From NCBI GenBank assembly GCA_965205015.1, contig OZ242029.1:3776001-3840000 (forward strand): DNA of 64,000 nucleotides, in the 5' to 3' direction. The translations under genes were made by a program, and so were the position numbers. The notes under the pieces were generated by a model. The model was not told the origin of the DNA and did no database searches. It was given only the letters and a program-made list of their open reading frames with translations. Shown here piece after piece: positions 19,805 to 31,073 of the stretch (position 1 is its first letter; the number at the start of each line of letters is the position of its first letter). The DNA is from Candidatus Poribacteria bacterium. Its GTDB lineage: Bacteria; Poribacteria; WGA-4E; WGA-3G.

Positions 19805-21694
19805 TCAATCGGCAGCAACACCTTCCAACGGTGGAAGTTCCGGGTAGTTCCCACGGGCGTGTCGCCACGCGAGGATCCCTTCAACGATCATCCAGATCTG
19901 TAAAGCCTCAACGGCGATACCGAATCCGAAGAGCAAGTATTTGCCCTTGAAAAGCCAACCTTCAGGATTGAACATCTGATGTAGCATTGCCCACGCGGGC
20001 ATGATGAGCATGACGATCATCGGGAGGAGTGCGAACCAAATCGGTTTGTTGCGGCGCAGGAGATAGAAGACAATGACCATGAAGGCTAATCCGGCTAAGA
20101 GCTGGTTCGTCGCACCGAAGAGGGGCCAGAGTGTCAAGCCGCCGCTGCCGGGACCACTGGGTCCTTGTAGCAGGGCAACTGCGGCAGCGAGTACTAACGC
20201 AAACGCAGTCGCTATGTAACGGTTCGTCAATGGCTTGAACTTCACCGTTTGTGCCAGTTCGTGGATAACGTAGCGTTGGAGACGTGTCGCTGTGTCTAAG
20301 GTTGTGGCGGCGAAACTCGCAACGAGGACCGCCATAATCGCAATGCCCATCTTGAGCGGAATACCGAGGGAGGCGAGGAAATTTCCACCCCCGTCCACAA
20401 ACGCGCTCACCTTCGCCTTGAGTCCGTGGCTTGCCCAGCCGCTGACAACCGTCGTTGTCCCATCAGGATTTGCTTCCGTTTGGATAGCATAGCGCGCTTT
20501 CCACGCGTCCTGATTCGTAACAGGGGTTGCGCTGTCCGCTTTGACAATCGGTTGGAATTTATAGTTTGCACCGGTCCCCGTCCGGTTGAAAATTCCCATA
20601 CCGATGCCAGCACAACAGGCAAGAATAACGATAACAGCAAGTCCACCCTCGAGTAGCATCGCGCCGTATCCGACGTATTGCGCGTCGCCTTCGGAGGCGA
20701 CCTGTTTACTGGAAGTCCCGGAACTTACCATACAGTGGAAACCACTGACCGCACCGCACGCAATTGTAATAAAGAGGAAGGGCCAAATCGGTGGGGCATC
20801 GGGTGGGATGTCTGAGGCAATAGCCGGCGCGGAGGCTGTCAGATCCGCTCTGCCTGTGAAGCCTGCGACGGCAAGTCCAAGCACTAAGAGGAGGAGTGCC
20901 AATACGAGTTCATGGCTGTTGATGAAATCACGCGGTTGCAGAAGCGTCCAGACCGGCAACACTGAAGCGATAAAGCAGTAGACGAAAAGCACCAACGTCC
21001 AGATCACCACGACGTTTAGGTAAGTCTTTCCGAGCAGCGGAATACCGAACCATTGTGCCAAGTCAATCGGTAGGAGATACGCACCAACTGCCATCCCGAT
21101 GTACATGATACCGAGTGCGACAATGGAGGGGATGAGAATATTGCCCCCCCTACGGTAAATCCAGATACCAATGGCGACTGCGAGCGGGATTTCCACCCAA
21201 ACAGACAGAACGGATTCAGGATAGTAGGAGAAAATCAGGGCGATGACCAAGCCGAAGATCGCAAGGACAATGGTCAGCCCCATAAAGAGGACGAACAGAA
21301 AGAGAAATTTCGCGCGGGGACCGATCATCCGTCCTGCAACTTCGCCGACGCTTTGCCCACGATTGCGGAGGGATACAACAAGCGCGCCGAAGTCATGCAC
21401 AGCCCCGATGAAAATCGATCCGAGGACAACCCAAAGCAACGCCGGTAGCCATCCCCAGAAAACGGCAATGGCGGGTCCTACGATCGGACCTGTACCCGCG
21501 ATACTCGTGAAATGGTGCCCAAAGATGACCTCTTTTTTCGTTGGAACGTAATCGACATCATCTCGCAGCTCTTGGCTCGGCACCGTCGCTTGAGAATCTA
21601 ATCCGAAAATCTTTCTCGCTAACCATTTGCCATAGGTATGGTAAGCAACGATGAAACCGATAAAGCTCAAGATCGCAATAATAAGCGTGTTCAT
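19805..21694 (-). CDS. cstA: Carbon starvation protein A (peptide/pyruvate transporter family)
   Basis: DDVDYVPT, FGHHFTSIAGTGPIVGP, WTLLQPRDFIN, ITIACGAVSGFH, WPLFGATNQLLA. Confidence 0.95.
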   Translation of the reverse strand: MNTLIIAILSFIGFIVAYHTYGKWLARKIFGLDSQATVPSQELRDDVDYVPTKKEVIFGHHFTSIAGTGPIVGPAIAVFWGWLPALLWVVLGSIFIGAVHDFGALVVSLRNRGQSVGEVAGRMIGPRAKFLFLFVLFMGLTIVLAIFGLVIALIFSYYPESVLSVWVEIPLAVAIGIWIYRRGGNILIPSIVALGIMYIGMAVGAYLLPIDLAQWFGIPLLGKTYLNVVVIWTLVLFVYCFIASVLPVWTLLQPRDFINSHELVLALLLLVLGLAVAGFTGRADLTASAPAIASDIPPDAPPIWPFLFITIACGAVSGFHCMVSSGTSSKQVASEGDAQYVGYGAMLLEGGLAVIVILACCAGIGMGIFNRTGTGANYKFQPIVKADSATPVTNQDAWKARYAIQTEANPDGTTTVVSGWASHGLKAKVSAFVDGGGNFLASLGIPLKMGIAIMAVLVASFAATTLDTATRLQRYVIHELAQTVKFKPLTNRYIATAFALVLAAAVALLQGPSGPGSGGLTLWPLFGATNQLLAGLAFMVIVFYLLRRNKPIWFALLPMIVMLIMPAWAMLHQMFNPEGWLFKGKYLLFGFGIAVEALQIWMIVEGILAWRHARGNYPELPPLEGVAAD

Positions 21695-21783
21695 TTTTTA
21701 ATTTTACCTTGCGGTTAAACAACGTGCGTTTCGACTTTGACGTGCGTTGCTTATATCCGCCCTCCGCTACGCTTACGGGCTAT
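21695..21783 (-). repeat. Composite leader repeat upstream of cstA, ending in CCGCAAGGTAAAATTAAAAA
   Basis: Shares modules with the copies at 26890, 31842, 33919, 35290, 58703 and 62278. Confidence 0.85.
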
Positions 21784-21822
21784 GGGTTTCGTTTTTTAAT
21801 TAGGGTTTACGCACGACCTCTT

Positions 21823-21851
21823 AAAGTCCCCCGAGTAAGTAGGATTTAGGG
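21823..21851. repeat. Short dispersed repeat (aaagtcccc...ggatttaggg); inverted copy at 53677-53712
   Basis: Reverse complement of ccctaaatcc...ggggacttt at 53677-53712. Confidence 0.55.
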
Positions 21852-21865
21852 TAATGAAATTCGGC

Positions 21866-23035
21866 TTACCTGACTCCCATTAAAACCTCAAACGTGAGTT
21901 GATCCAATTTCTCGTATCCGAGTCCTTTTTGTGCGAGGGTATCGGGTTCAAAATCTATCTTTCTCAGTTTTCCGACACTCTCGGCGTTGTAATGTGCCAT
22001 GAGTGATTCGAGTTCAGGATCGCGTGCTTGTATTTCAGCGAGAATCCCTTGAATTTCCGCGTCTTCGTTGAAACGGTGTGCTTTCTCTTTCAGAATCAGA
22101 TAACTCCGCATGCATCCTGCAGCAAAGTCCCAGACCCCTTGTTCGTCTTCAGTTCTGTAGGCGTGTGCGTCAAAGTGCCGCGAGCCGTCCCAGTTCATAT
22201 CTTCAAGGAATTTGACGAGGAAGAAGGCACTTTTAATGTTTTCAGAACCGAAGCGTAGGTCTTGGTCGAAACGACTCATCTTCTGGTCGTTGAGGTCAAT
22301 GTGGAAGAGTTTACCGGCTTCGTAGGCTTGTGCGACACCGTGAATAAAACTCAAACCTGCCATGGTTTCATGGGCAAATTCGGGGTTCACACCGACCATT
22401 TCTGGGTGGTCGAGCGTTTCAATAAAGTGGAGCATGTGCCCTGTTGTGGGAAGATAGATGTCGCCGCGGGGTTCATTCGGCTTTGCTTCAAGCGCGAACC
22501 GGAGGTCGTAACCTTGGTCTTTCACGTAGTGCGTGAAGTAGTTCATCGCCTCACGATTCCACTTGACGGTATCGGGTCCGTTTTTAGAGGCATCGACTTC
22601 TGCGCCTTCACGACCGCCCCAAAACACATAAATGGTCGCGCCGAGTTCAACACCGAGATCAATGGCGTTCAAGGTTTTTTGGATTGCAAAGGCTCGCACC
22701 TTGGGATCGTTAGCGGTAAATGCGCCGTCTTTAAAGATTGGATGGTAGAAGAGATTTGTTGTTGCCATCGGCACCTTCATACCGTGATCGGCGAGTGCCT
22801 GCTTGAATTCGCTAACAATTTTATCGCGTTCGACAGCTGAAGCCTCAAAGGGGACCAAGTCGTTATCGTGTAAATTAACGCCGTACGCGCCAAGTTCGCT
22901 TAATTTCTGGACTGTGTATGTGGGTTTCAAGGGGGGCCTGACAACATCACCAAATGGATCGCGCCCCGGATTCCCGACCGTCCATAATCCAAAGGTGAAC
23001 TTATGTTCAGGCTTAGGCTGATACAGTTCTGACAT
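21866..23035 (-). CDS. xylA: Xylose isomerase (class I, short type)
   Basis: [50 protein letters not shown]. Confidence 0.96.
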   Translation of the reverse strand: MSELYQPKPEHKFTFGLWTVGNPGRDPFGDVVRPPLKPTYTVQKLSELGAYGVNLHDNDLVPFEASAVERDKIVSEFKQALADHGMKVPMATTNLFYHPIFKDGAFTANDPKVRAFAIQKTLNAIDLGVELGATIYVFWGGREGAEVDASKNGPDTVKWNREAMNYFTHYVKDQGYDLRFALEAKPNEPRGDIYLPTTGHMLHFIETLDHPEMVGVNPEFAHETMAGLSFIHGVAQAYEAGKLFHIDLNDQKMSRFDQDLRFGSENIKSAFFLVKFLEDMNWDGSRHFDAHAYRTEDEQGVWDFAAGCMRSYLILKEKAHRFNEDAEIQGILAEIQARDPELESLMAHYNAESVGKLRKIDFEPDTLAQKGLGYEKLDQLTFEVLMGVR

Positions 23036-23266
23036 TCATTTACTCCTATCATTTGTAATTTTGGCGAAGCTTATAAGCCAACAATCAGATTATACCATAT
23101 TTGGCGGATTTGTTGCAAATTTTTATTCTCGTACGATTTCGCTTGTGTTTCTGTATAAGGCATGTCCCATTGGAAGAAATTGCTCAGGGTAGGGCGCGAT
23201 TATCCCAAACGAGAAAGGATAGACATTGACATAACAACCTGTCGACTCAGCGTTGTAGTTGCACTT

Positions 23267-23896
23267 TCATAGAATACGTTGACCCGTCACATTATACGCC
23301 TCGATTTTCGTGGTGGCGACGTTGCCATTCGGATACTGGTCCGCGAACATCGTCCAGATCATCGTATCCCGTGGTGCTCGACCTTCCCGAAGCAGGCGGC
23401 GAGATAGTGTCGCTTCGTGAAAGAAGCCGATCTTTTCTGCGACTCTCACGCTCGCTATGTTCTCCGGATCGCAATGGATCTCCACGCGACTGACTTTATT
23501 AATCTTAAAGGCAACCTGGGTTAGTGCAGCCGCCGTTTCTGTCGCCAATCCCTTATTCGTGTATGTATGATGGATCCAGTAACCGATTTCTAATGCTGCT
23601 TTGCCGATTCGCGGGTGCAATCCCGTGCCGCCGAGTACCCGGGTTTCGTCCAAATTAAAAATCCCGTAAGTGAAGTCCTGTCCCAAGTCAAACTTACCGC
23701 GGAACTGACGGATGGACTCGATTTTTGTCTGCAAGTCTGTCGGTTCATCCATTGCCCACGGCATCTGTGGGCGGAGATGCTCTAAATTCTCATCAACTGA
23801 TGCTTTGAGTAGAGAGGCATCCTCAGGCTGCCAGCACCGGATCACCAGTCGCTGTGTATGAATACGGTAAGCAGGACCGACTGTGTTGAAAATCAA
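23267..23896 (-). CDS. GNAT N-acetyltransferase (RimJ/RimL family)
   Basis: TQRLVIR, EIGYW, KGLATE, NIASVRVAEKIGF; ATT start uncertain. Confidence 0.85.
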   Translation of the reverse strand: MIFNTVGPAYRIHTQRLVIRCWQPEDASLLKASVDENLEHLRPQMPWAMDEPTDLQTKIESIRQFRGKFDLGQDFTYGIFNLDETRVLGGTGLHPRIGKAALEIGYWIHHTYTNKGLATETAAALTQVAFKINKVSRVEIHCDPENIASVRVAEKIGFFHEATLSRRLLREGRAPRDTMIWTMFADQYPNGNVATTKIEAYNVTGQRIL

Positions 23897-24080
23897 TTAG
23901 ATGCTCCTTTTCCACGTAGAAACCAGAAATTGTTGTCCTTTTAGAGGATTTCCATTCCTACGAATTCAGAAAGTGATTTGTGTTATGAGGTGATAGAGAA
24001 CTGAATCTTCCGAAGATTGGCCTACACTTTAAAACCCTACATTAGCGCATTAGACGGAAGATGCTTATATAGGCAGTGCC

Positions 24081-25409
24081 TTAGATTTCAAGGTGCGCGG
24101 AAATTTGTTGCAGGACCTTCTCATAGTCTGCTTCCAATTCCAGTGGCGCATTTAGATAGCGAGGCGGGGGTTCCCCAGGCGTGACATCGTGATACGCCAC
24201 CTTGAAATCCGGGAATTTGAGTCCATTTGCAGTAGAGATAACGATAACCCTGTCATCTGGAAGTATCTGTTTACGTTCGACCATTTTTATCAGGACAGCG
24301 AGTGCTACCCCCGTGTGTGGACAATTGAACAGTCCTGTTCGATCCGCTCTCGCAGCGGCATCCGCCAATTCTGTTTCTGTCGCTTGATCGACGATACCAT
24401 CGAACCGTTTAAGGACACGGATTGCCCGATGGATTGAGACAGGATTGCCGATTTGAATCGCTGTGGCTTGTGTGGCTTGTGCGGTGATAGCATGAAACTC
24501 TGTGAATCCCGTTTGATAACTTCGATACAGCGGATTCGCGCGTTCTGCTTGGGCACAAGCAATGCGCGGAAGTTTGTCAATGATACCGAGTTCGAGCATC
24601 ATTAAAAAGCCGAGTCCGAGTGCGGAAACATTGCCGAGGTTCCCGCCCGGGATAATTATCCAATCCGGCACTTCCCAATCGAACTGCTGTATGATCTCAA
24701 TACTAATGGTTTTTTGCCCTTCGATTCGGAGGGAGTTGATGGAATTGGCGAGGTAAAAGTCCTTCCGGTCGGCAAGTTTTTGGACAATTGCCATGCATCC
24801 GTCGAAATCGGTTTCCAGCGAAAGCGTCAATGCCCCATTGGCGATGGGTTGAATGAGCTGCTCCCGTGTAACTTTCTCTTTTGGCAAGAGAATAATTGCG
24901 GGAATCCCTGCTGCAGAGGCATACGCGGCTAAGGCAGCGGAAGTATCGCCAGTGGACGCGCACATGACGGCGCGAATGTTTCCAGAACCAGCCATGATCT
25001 GCTTAACCATTGAAACGAGGACAGTCATTCCGAGGTCTTTAAAAGAACCTGTATGACTGTTGCCGCACTGTTTAATCCACAGGTCGTTTACGCCGAGTTG
25101 TTCACCGAACCGTTCTGCCCAGAACAGATTGGTGCCACCTTCATACATAGAAATGATGTTATGGTCATCAATGATCGGACAGACGAGTTCCTTTTTCCCC
25201 CAGACCCCGCTACCATACGGGTATTGTGTACGCATGTAGCGCTGTTCAAAGAGGGTTTTCCATTCAGTAGCACGCCGCTGTTTTAACAGGTCCATATCGT
25301 GCCGGACCTCTAACAGCCCGCCGCAGTTTTTGCACCGATAGATAACTTCTGTAAGCGGATAGGTTTCATCGCATCCTTCGCTGCACTGGAACCATGCGTC
25401 GTAGTTCAT
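24081..25409 (-). CDS. thrC: Threonine synthase (PLP-dependent)
   Basis: [36 protein letters not shown]; N-terminal Zn ribbon. Confidence 0.95.
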   Translation of the reverse strand: MNYDAWFQCSEGCDETYPLTEVIYRCKNCGGLLEVRHDMDLLKQRRATEWKTLFEQRYMRTQYPYGSGVWGKKELVCPIIDDHNIISMYEGGTNLFWAERFGEQLGVNDLWIKQCGNSHTGSFKDLGMTVLVSMVKQIMAGSGNIRAVMCASTGDTSAALAAYASAAGIPAIILLPKEKVTREQLIQPIANGALTLSLETDFDGCMAIVQKLADRKDFYLANSINSLRIEGQKTISIEIIQQFDWEVPDWIIIPGGNLGNVSALGLGFLMMLELGIIDKLPRIACAQAERANPLYRSYQTGFTEFHAITAQATQATAIQIGNPVSIHRAIRVLKRFDGIVDQATETELADAAARADRTGLFNCPHTGVALAVLIKMVERKQILPDDRVIVISTANGLKFPDFKVAYHDVTPGEPPPRYLNAPLELEADYEKVLQQISAHLEI

Positions 25410-26047
25410 TGCTCGGCGTTCTCCTCCATAGCGGCTGGAAGGGTGTTTTGGGCAGGTTCGTTTCCGTTTGATGTATTCAGGAGTTCGTCTATTTCTTCAA
25501 GTGAGGGCAACTCAGAGACATCTTTCAATCCGAATTGTAGGAGGAACTCATCTGTGGTTGAAAAGAGTAAGGAGCGTCCATCTTTTCTTCCAGCGATACG
25601 CACCAACCCTTTCTCTACCAGGGAATTGAGCACACTGTCACTGTTCACCCCGCGAAGCGCAGCGACATCCGTCCGCGTAATGGGTTGCTTGTAAGCAACA
25701 ATTGCGAGTGTTTCAAGTGCTGACGGGGATAGTTTGACCCGGACCTGACGCGTATAAAACTTCTGAATCCATTCTGAGTACTCTGGATGTGTGCAGATTT
25801 GGTAACCATTCGCTATTTCAACAAGGCGAAAACTTCGTCCCATTTCTTGATAGTCTTGACGCAATTCGTCGAGTTCTGTTCGGATTGCGCGTTTGTCTAA
25901 CGCCGGCAGCACGGTTTGAAACTGTTCCACCGAGATCGGTTCGCTCGCGGCGAACAGAATCGCTTCCAAAATTAATTTGGGTTTTTGCGGTGGAATCGCG
26001 TCCGGCATCTCTATCGAATCGACAGCGGTAACATATTCAGAATCCAT
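25406..26047 (-). CDS. scpB: SMC-Scp complex subunit ScpB
   Basis: [43 protein letters not shown]. Confidence 0.95.
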   Translation of the reverse strand: MDSEYVTAVDSIEMPDAIPPQKPKLILEAILFAASEPISVEQFQTVLPALDKRAIRTELDELRQDYQEMGRSFRLVEIANGYQICTHPEYSEWIQKFYTRQVRVKLSPSALETLAIVAYKQPITRTDVAALRGVNSDSVLNSLVEKGLVRIAGRKDGRSLLFSTTDEFLLQFGLKDVSELPSLEEIDELLNTSNGNEPAQNTLPAAMEENAEQ

Positions 26048-26058
26048 AAACCAAATTC

Positions 26059-26889
26059 CTAATTGTTTCGTTCTTGTGAACGCGTATTTTCAACGGTCGG
26101 AGGTGGCGGTATCTCTCGATCAGACCCCTCATCCGCCTGTTTAACGATATAGATACTCTCAAAATGATCGGTTTGAACGGTAACGATTTTTCCTATCCGA
26201 ATGAGTTCTAAAATGGCGAGGAATGTTACAATTCGGTCTGTCTTGGTCGAGTCCAAGGGGAACAGGTCATCGAATAGCAATTGGTCTGAACTCTCCAACT
26301 GCAGGTCAATAAAAGCGATTTTGTCCTCAACGGTTATTGTTTCCTCTTCAAATGTTTCGTATGCTTCTTCGACCTCTATCTCCGCAGCTCGATCGTTCAC
26401 CCCCTTAAAAGCGGTAAGGAGGTCGAACAGCGTCGCTCTGATCTCAAACTCACGTGCTCCGTCTAAATCCTCGTGTATCTTTGGGCTTCTGCTATAGCTT
26501 AATGTCCAACGTTCGGCATACCCTTCCAAAACTTGGACGGCCTCTTTGAACTGTTTGTACTCCAAGAGCTGCTTAACGAGTTGCTCTTGATCACCGATCG
26601 TGTATTCAGCATCTGGTGTGAGTTGTGGGAGGATACTTTGCGATTTGATGTGCAGAAGTGTTGCCGCCATCACCAAGAATTCGGATGCCACATCCAAATC
26701 TAACTGCTCCATTAGATTCACATATTCGAGGTATCGGTCGGTGATGTGTGCAATCTGAATATCATAAATATCCATCTCCTCCTTCTGAATCAGATGGAGG
26801 AGCAGATCGAGCGGTCCCTCGAAACCCTCTAATTTCAGGGAGTATATTGGGGCTGTAGCGGCGGGTGTTGGAGGGGTTTCAGTTAGCAA
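26059..26889 (-). CDS. scpA: Segregation and condensation protein A (kleisin)
   Basis: FEGPLDLLLHLI, SEFLVMAATLLHIKS, IVTFLAILELIR. Start moved to TTG 26889 after the repeat-derived AAGGA; the longer ORF runs into the repeat. Confidence 0.93.
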   Translation of the reverse strand: MLTETPPTPAATAPIYSLKLEGFEGPLDLLLHLIQKEEMDIYDIQIAHITDRYLEYVNLMEQLDLDVASEFLVMAATLLHIKSQSILPQLTPDAEYTIGDQEQLVKQLLEYKQFKEAVQVLEGYAERWTLSYSRSPKIHEDLDGAREFEIRATLFDLLTAFKGVNDRAAEIEVEEAYETFEEETITVEDKIAFIDLQLESSDQLLFDDLFPLDSTKTDRIVTFLAILELIRIGKIVTVQTDHFESIYIVKQADEGSDREIPPPPTVENTRSQERNN

Positions 26890-27030
26890 TTTTAATTTTT
26901 CCTTGCGGAGGAGTACCGTGTGTTTGAACTTTGACGTGCGTTGCTCATATCCGCCTGCGTGTTTTTGCAAACGCTAAAATCCAATGCGAAGAAAGTATTT
27001 CTGCGTATTGTTGCAGGCTACGCGTTTGGA
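26890..27030 (-). repeat. Composite leader repeat upstream of scpA
   Basis: On -: tccaaacgcgtagcctgcaacaatacgcagaaat (33/34 match to 58703-58736), aaaaacacgcaggcggatat, gcaacgcacgtcaaagt, ccgcaaggaaaaattaaaa. Confidence 0.88.
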
Positions 27031-27086
27031 GCTAAGGAATAGCCCTTAACCGACTACTAATTTAATTGCCATCTTCTAATTTTTCT

Positions 27087-27770
27087 TTATCGTATACCCA
27101 CAATTTGCGCGATCAGATTTAAAGTTTCAAAACTGATATTGCTCAAGAATCCGAACACATAGTTCGGTATCCCGAAGATACCGGGTAGAAAAATGAGGCA
27201 CATCAGAATCGGCATACCATAGGGACTCAGTTTCTCGAATTGGTGTGCTGCACCCGAGGGTAGCAAACCTCTCACGACACTGAAACCGTCTAACGGAAAA
27301 AGTGGGAGCATGTTAAACGCTGCGAGGAAAACACTTATCAGTGCTGTCCGAATTAATTGCCTGTTAATCTCAGCGTGAAGTGCAGATTCAGCAGGATTGA
27401 AAGCGGTAAATTCAAGTAATAGCCGAATTGCTCCCAGAATCACGAAAGTGAGGATGATATTCATGAATGGACCGGCAGCGGCGATAAGCATTAGGTCCCT
27501 TCTCGGATTTTTCAGGTTGAACGGGTTGACCGGCACCGGCTTTGCCCATCCGAAGAAACCGCCGCCGAAAAGCGTGCCGAGCAACGGAAGTATCAATGTG
27601 CCGATAATGTCAATATGTACGCCCGGATTCAACGACATCCGTCCAAGATCGCGCGCTGTCGGATCCCCTAACATGTCCGCTGATTTGGCGTGTCCCCATT
27701 CATGAAAGGTTAACAGAATAATGAACTGTGTAACCACAAGGATTGCTTCATAAGGGTCGAAATTAGGCAT
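27087..27770 (-). CDS. Site-2 protease family (M50) membrane metalloprotease
   Basis: HEWGH, GDPTA, GWAKPVPVNP, AGP, FNMLPLFPLDG. Confidence 0.93.
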   Translation of the reverse strand: MPNFDPYEAILVVTQFIILLTFHEWGHAKSADMLGDPTARDLGRMSLNPGVHIDIIGTLILPLLGTLFGGGFFGWAKPVPVNPFNLKNPRRDLMLIAAAGPFMNIILTFVILGAIRLLLEFTAFNPAESALHAEINRQLIRTALISVFLAAFNMLPLFPLDGFSVVRGLLPSGAAHQFEKLSPYGMPILMCLIFLPGIFGIPNYVFGFLSNISFETLNLIAQIVGIR

Positions 27771-27805
27771 CGTTTATTTGCCACCGCTTTGTAAGTCAAA
27801 TCTTG

Positions 27806-29245
27806 CTATACAAAGGTCCGCAATCGGGCATAAGCCTCCTCTTTTTTGGTAATCTCTCCGTCCAATTGTGCCGCAAACAATTTCCAAAGTCGGGTTTCAA
27901 AAGTCTTGTTCGGTTTTTCGCCAACCGCTATCAAGTCTTTTCCTGTGATGAAGGGTTCCATCTTCCGCAGAACAAAAAGGTAGTTTTTTATTTTTTCGCG
28001 TTTCCACTTCGGCAAGGTCGTGTCCACATAGCCGAGTGCTAATGCCTCAATCGGATACGGTTTCAGCAATTGATAAATCTCGCTCGGTCTCACTGTCTCC
28101 TGCAACGGTGCAAGTGTTTGTTCCAACTGTTTGTAAGCGGTGAGCGGTGTCTCTACCCGATAAAGATTTCCATCTCCACATACGTAAGTTGCCATGTTCT
28201 TTGGATCAACAATCCGCCATTTCCCACTTTGTGGGTCAACGGAGGCATCCTCCGATAATGAGATTCCGAGTTTCGCAAAGGCATCGTGTGTCACCTTTTC
28301 AAGCGAAACTTGCTGTTGCGAGGCTTGGACCCGGCTGATGAGACGTTGAAGTTGATGTTCCAATACCAATCTGAAACTGAGTGCCTCAATCTGATATATC
28401 GGCGTGCGGGTTCCCAAAAATGCCATCCAGCGCACCCGTTGCGGCTGAAACGCTTCGTCTTTAAGGGACGTTGATACCCAGTTTGTTGCTTGTTCCGCTT
28501 TCTTAAAATCACACGCAAACCTCGTCGATATATTCCATCCCTGAGAGATGGTTTTCCATACGTCGAGTCGGGCAAGGTGTGCTACGATCTCCGGTGCGTT
28601 CTTTTCACTCAGTATTCTATCAATCTCATTGCGTATCCGTTCACCACTGAGTTGTGCTAAGACTGGAAGTGCTTCTCGCATCAGAATGATATCGGTTTCA
28701 GGAATAGAAAACCCGTAGCGTCCGGCATATCGAAAAGCGCGAAAGATGCGCGTCGGATCATCCGTGAAACTGTGCTTATGTAGGACGCGAATTGTCCGGG
28801 TCTTGAGGTCATCCAAACCCCCGGTTTTATCAACGATCTCACCAAAAGTATGTGTGTCTAAGCACATTGCCAAGGCATTAATCGAAAAGTCGCGTCTTCG
28901 TAAATCGTCCGTGATGGTCCCTTGTGATACTGTAGGTAACGTCCCTGCCCCTTGATAAGTTTCACGACGGGCGGTAACGAAATCCACTTTAGGAAGGTTA
29001 ACATCGGCAGGCGTGACGGTTGCAGTGCCAAATTGCGGGTGTGTTTCCAGCGTGCCGTTCCACCGTTCACACATCGTGTTCGCAACTCGGATCGCATCTC
29101 CTTCTACAACGATATCGATATCGAGACTCGGTCGTTTAAGCAGGAGATCCCGGACGAATCCACCGACGAGGTAAGTCCCCTTTCCACCTACCTCACCAAT
29201 TTCATGTAACAGCTCCAAGATCGGTTCAGGAATGTTAGGTATCAT
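27806..29245 (-). CDS. cca: CCA tRNA nucleotidyltransferase / polyA polymerase family
   Basis: LVGGFVRDLLL, DIDIVV, FGTA, DLRRRDFSINALA, DDPTRIFRA, ERIRNE. Confidence 0.88.
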   Translation of the reverse strand: MIPNIPEPILELLHEIGEVGGKGTYLVGGFVRDLLLKRPSLDIDIVVEGDAIRVANTMCERWNGTLETHPQFGTATVTPADVNLPKVDFVTARRETYQGAGTLPTVSQGTITDDLRRRDFSINALAMCLDTHTFGEIVDKTGGLDDLKTRTIRVLHKHSFTDDPTRIFRAFRYAGRYGFSIPETDIILMREALPVLAQLSGERIRNEIDRILSEKNAPEIVAHLARLDVWKTISQGWNISTRFACDFKKAEQATNWVSTSLKDEAFQPQRVRWMAFLGTRTPIYQIEALSFRLVLEHQLQRLISRVQASQQQVSLEKVTHDAFAKLGISLSEDASVDPQSGKWRIVDPKNMATYVCGDGNLYRVETPLTAYKQLEQTLAPLQETVRPSEIYQLLKPYPIEALALGYVDTTLPKWKREKIKNYLFVLRKMEPFITGKDLIAVGEKPNKTFETRLWKLFAAQLDGEITKKEEAYARLRTFV

Positions 29246-29283
29246 TTTTCTTCGGAAGGAGTAAACCTGTGTCTATAGGGTTC

Positions 29284-29964
29284 CTATACGAAGGCAAAGA
29301 CGCGCGTGGGTGCTCCAGAACTGCGCGCCAACTTTAGCGGAGCAATCACGACATAGAAATGCGTCGGCAATTGGCTTAAATTGCACAAATCCTCAACATG
29401 CGGGATCCCCGCACCGAGGAAAACGAGATGCGCTGGCGGTAAACCGTCGTGCAACGGTGGATGTCCTGCCACCGAGTCGATACTGCATGCATCTGTCCCG
29501 ATGACCTTAATGCCCTTTTCGACGAGGAATTCGGCGGCATCTTCACTGAAACCGATCCACTCTCGGTTGAAGTTGTCCTGATAGACGAACCTGTCCATCC
29601 CTGTCCGCATAAAGACGATGCTGCCTTCTGGAATATCACCATTTTCGGCGATCCACGCTTTAACATCCGCTGCGGTCACAGCGTCATTCGGTTTCTTAAT
29701 CGCGGAGAAGTCCATCAACACGGCGTGTCCGGTCAGTTTCTCTTTTGGGATTTCGGCGATAGTTGCGCCACCCGGGTACATTAAGCAGGGGGCATCCATG
29801 TGTGTAGAGTAGTGTCCGGACGTGTCGATGCGGCTTTCAAAATAGCCATCCTTTTCCAGCGTCGCTTGGTCATAAATTTTGGCGGGATCAATCGGCAGCT
29901 CGCATGGACTCTTTTCATCGACCACATAAGACAGATCCAGCACGTTTTGAAAGTCAAGATGCAT
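29284..29964 (-). CDS. Cyclase family metal-dependent hydrolase (kynurenine formamidase-like)
   Basis: HYSTHMDAP, GTDACSID, HVEDLCNL, APLKL..GAPTRV. Confidence 0.87.
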   Translation of the reverse strand: MHLDFQNVLDLSYVVDEKSPCELPIDPAKIYDQATLEKDGYFESRIDTSGHYSTHMDAPCLMYPGGATIAEIPKEKLTGHAVLMDFSAIKKPNDAVTAADVKAWIAENGDIPEGSIVFMRTGMDRFVYQDNFNREWIGFSEDAAEFLVEKGIKVIGTDACSIDSVAGHPPLHDGLPPAHLVFLGAGIPHVEDLCNLSQLPTHFYVVIAPLKLARSSGAPTRVFAFV

Positions 29965-30152
29965 TTTATATTATTTCTCCTTCCCACAAACATATCGCCT
30001 CTATAAGGCTTATATGTAGTATAGCATATCTCCTTGGGATATTCAAGTTAAATCACATAGACGAACCGGCGTTCGGTTTTAGTAATCGTAAAAAAGTGCA
30101 TCCTACTTTGTGTATAAGATGAATAGACTATTTCATATTCCATGGAGGAGGT

Positions 30153-31040
30153 ATGCGCCATAAAATCATTTACAGACATTGGGAGCCCGGTGACGATGAT
30201 GCTATTTTAGAGTTGTTGATGCCTGTTTTTAAACAGATCCGTGAGGATTATTATCGTAGGAAATTTGACAATTCTCGCCTTGAACCTGAAGCAATACACT
30301 TAGCATTGGTAAATGAACGAGTAATAGGACATGTATGGGGAGAACCCGTTTCGATTTTTATTGAAGACAAGATTCAAGAATTCGGGATGGTATCCCTCGC
30401 CTGTGTCGCTCCGGATATGCATCGCCAAGGGATTGCGACCTGTCTGATGCGTGGACTTCATGCGTATTTCCTAAGAAAAGGGTATCGCGGCAGCATTCTA
30501 TATACAGACAGTGAAATCGCGGAACAATTGTACCAAAAAGTTGGATATCAAGAGATTACAAGAGAAATACGAACACAAGTCTCTCCACGTCGAAGGGCAT
30601 CTTCATTTAAATGGAGAGAGGTGAGTCTCGAAGATTTAGATACCTTACATCAATTGACTGGAAAATGGGCAAAGCAGAATTTCTTTGTCTTATGGGACGG
30701 TCAAAGTAGGAGCGTACATCAGTTCAATATGAAGCAGTACAGGATTTTACATCGTGACAACAGCATTGTCGGCTATGCGAAATGGAATGAACCTTCAGAA
30801 CATCAACCGCAAGGATTAATTCGCGATCCTATTGCGCCAGATGTGGGTCCTATGACAGTTATCGAATCCGTACAATCGGAGGTTTCTACATCGCGAGTGT
30901 GGCAAACTTTCAAAGGTAGCAGATATGAAAGTTCTCTACGTTCCTTGGGCTGTCCATTTGAACAAACAACACAAGTTGATATGTTTTTAGTTTTCGGTCA
31001 GGAAATTGATTTGACAGGATACCACCGAACCGCGTATTGA
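30153..31040 (+). CDS. GNAT N-acetyltransferase
   Basis: CVAPDMHRQGIAT acetyl-CoA motif A; LYQKVGY; SD ggaggagg. Confidence 0.8.
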   Translation: MRHKIIYRHWEPGDDDAILELLMPVFKQIREDYYRRKFDNSRLEPEAIHLALVNERVIGHVWGEPVSIFIEDKIQEFGMVSLACVAPDMHRQGIATCLMRGLHAYFLRKGYRGSILYTDSEIAEQLYQKVGYQEITREIRTQVSPRRRASSFKWREVSLEDLDTLHQLTGKWAKQNFFVLWDGQSRSVHQFNMKQYRILHRDNSIVGYAKWNEPSEHQPQGLIRDPIAPDVGPMTVIESVQSEVSTSRVWQTFKGSRYESSLRSLGCPFEQTTQVDMFLVFGQEIDLTGYHRTAY

Positions 31041-31073
31041 CAGTTGAAGGTGTGGATTTATCAAAGTCTGCGA

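Noticed and set aside
26890-26970. N-terminal extension of ScpA in the ORF track
   Set aside because: Translates the repeat element; TTG at 26889 is the more plausible start
27061-27069. Possible TnpB guide target (tttaattgc)
   Set aside because: Only a 9-nt AT-rich match, without the predicted TAM
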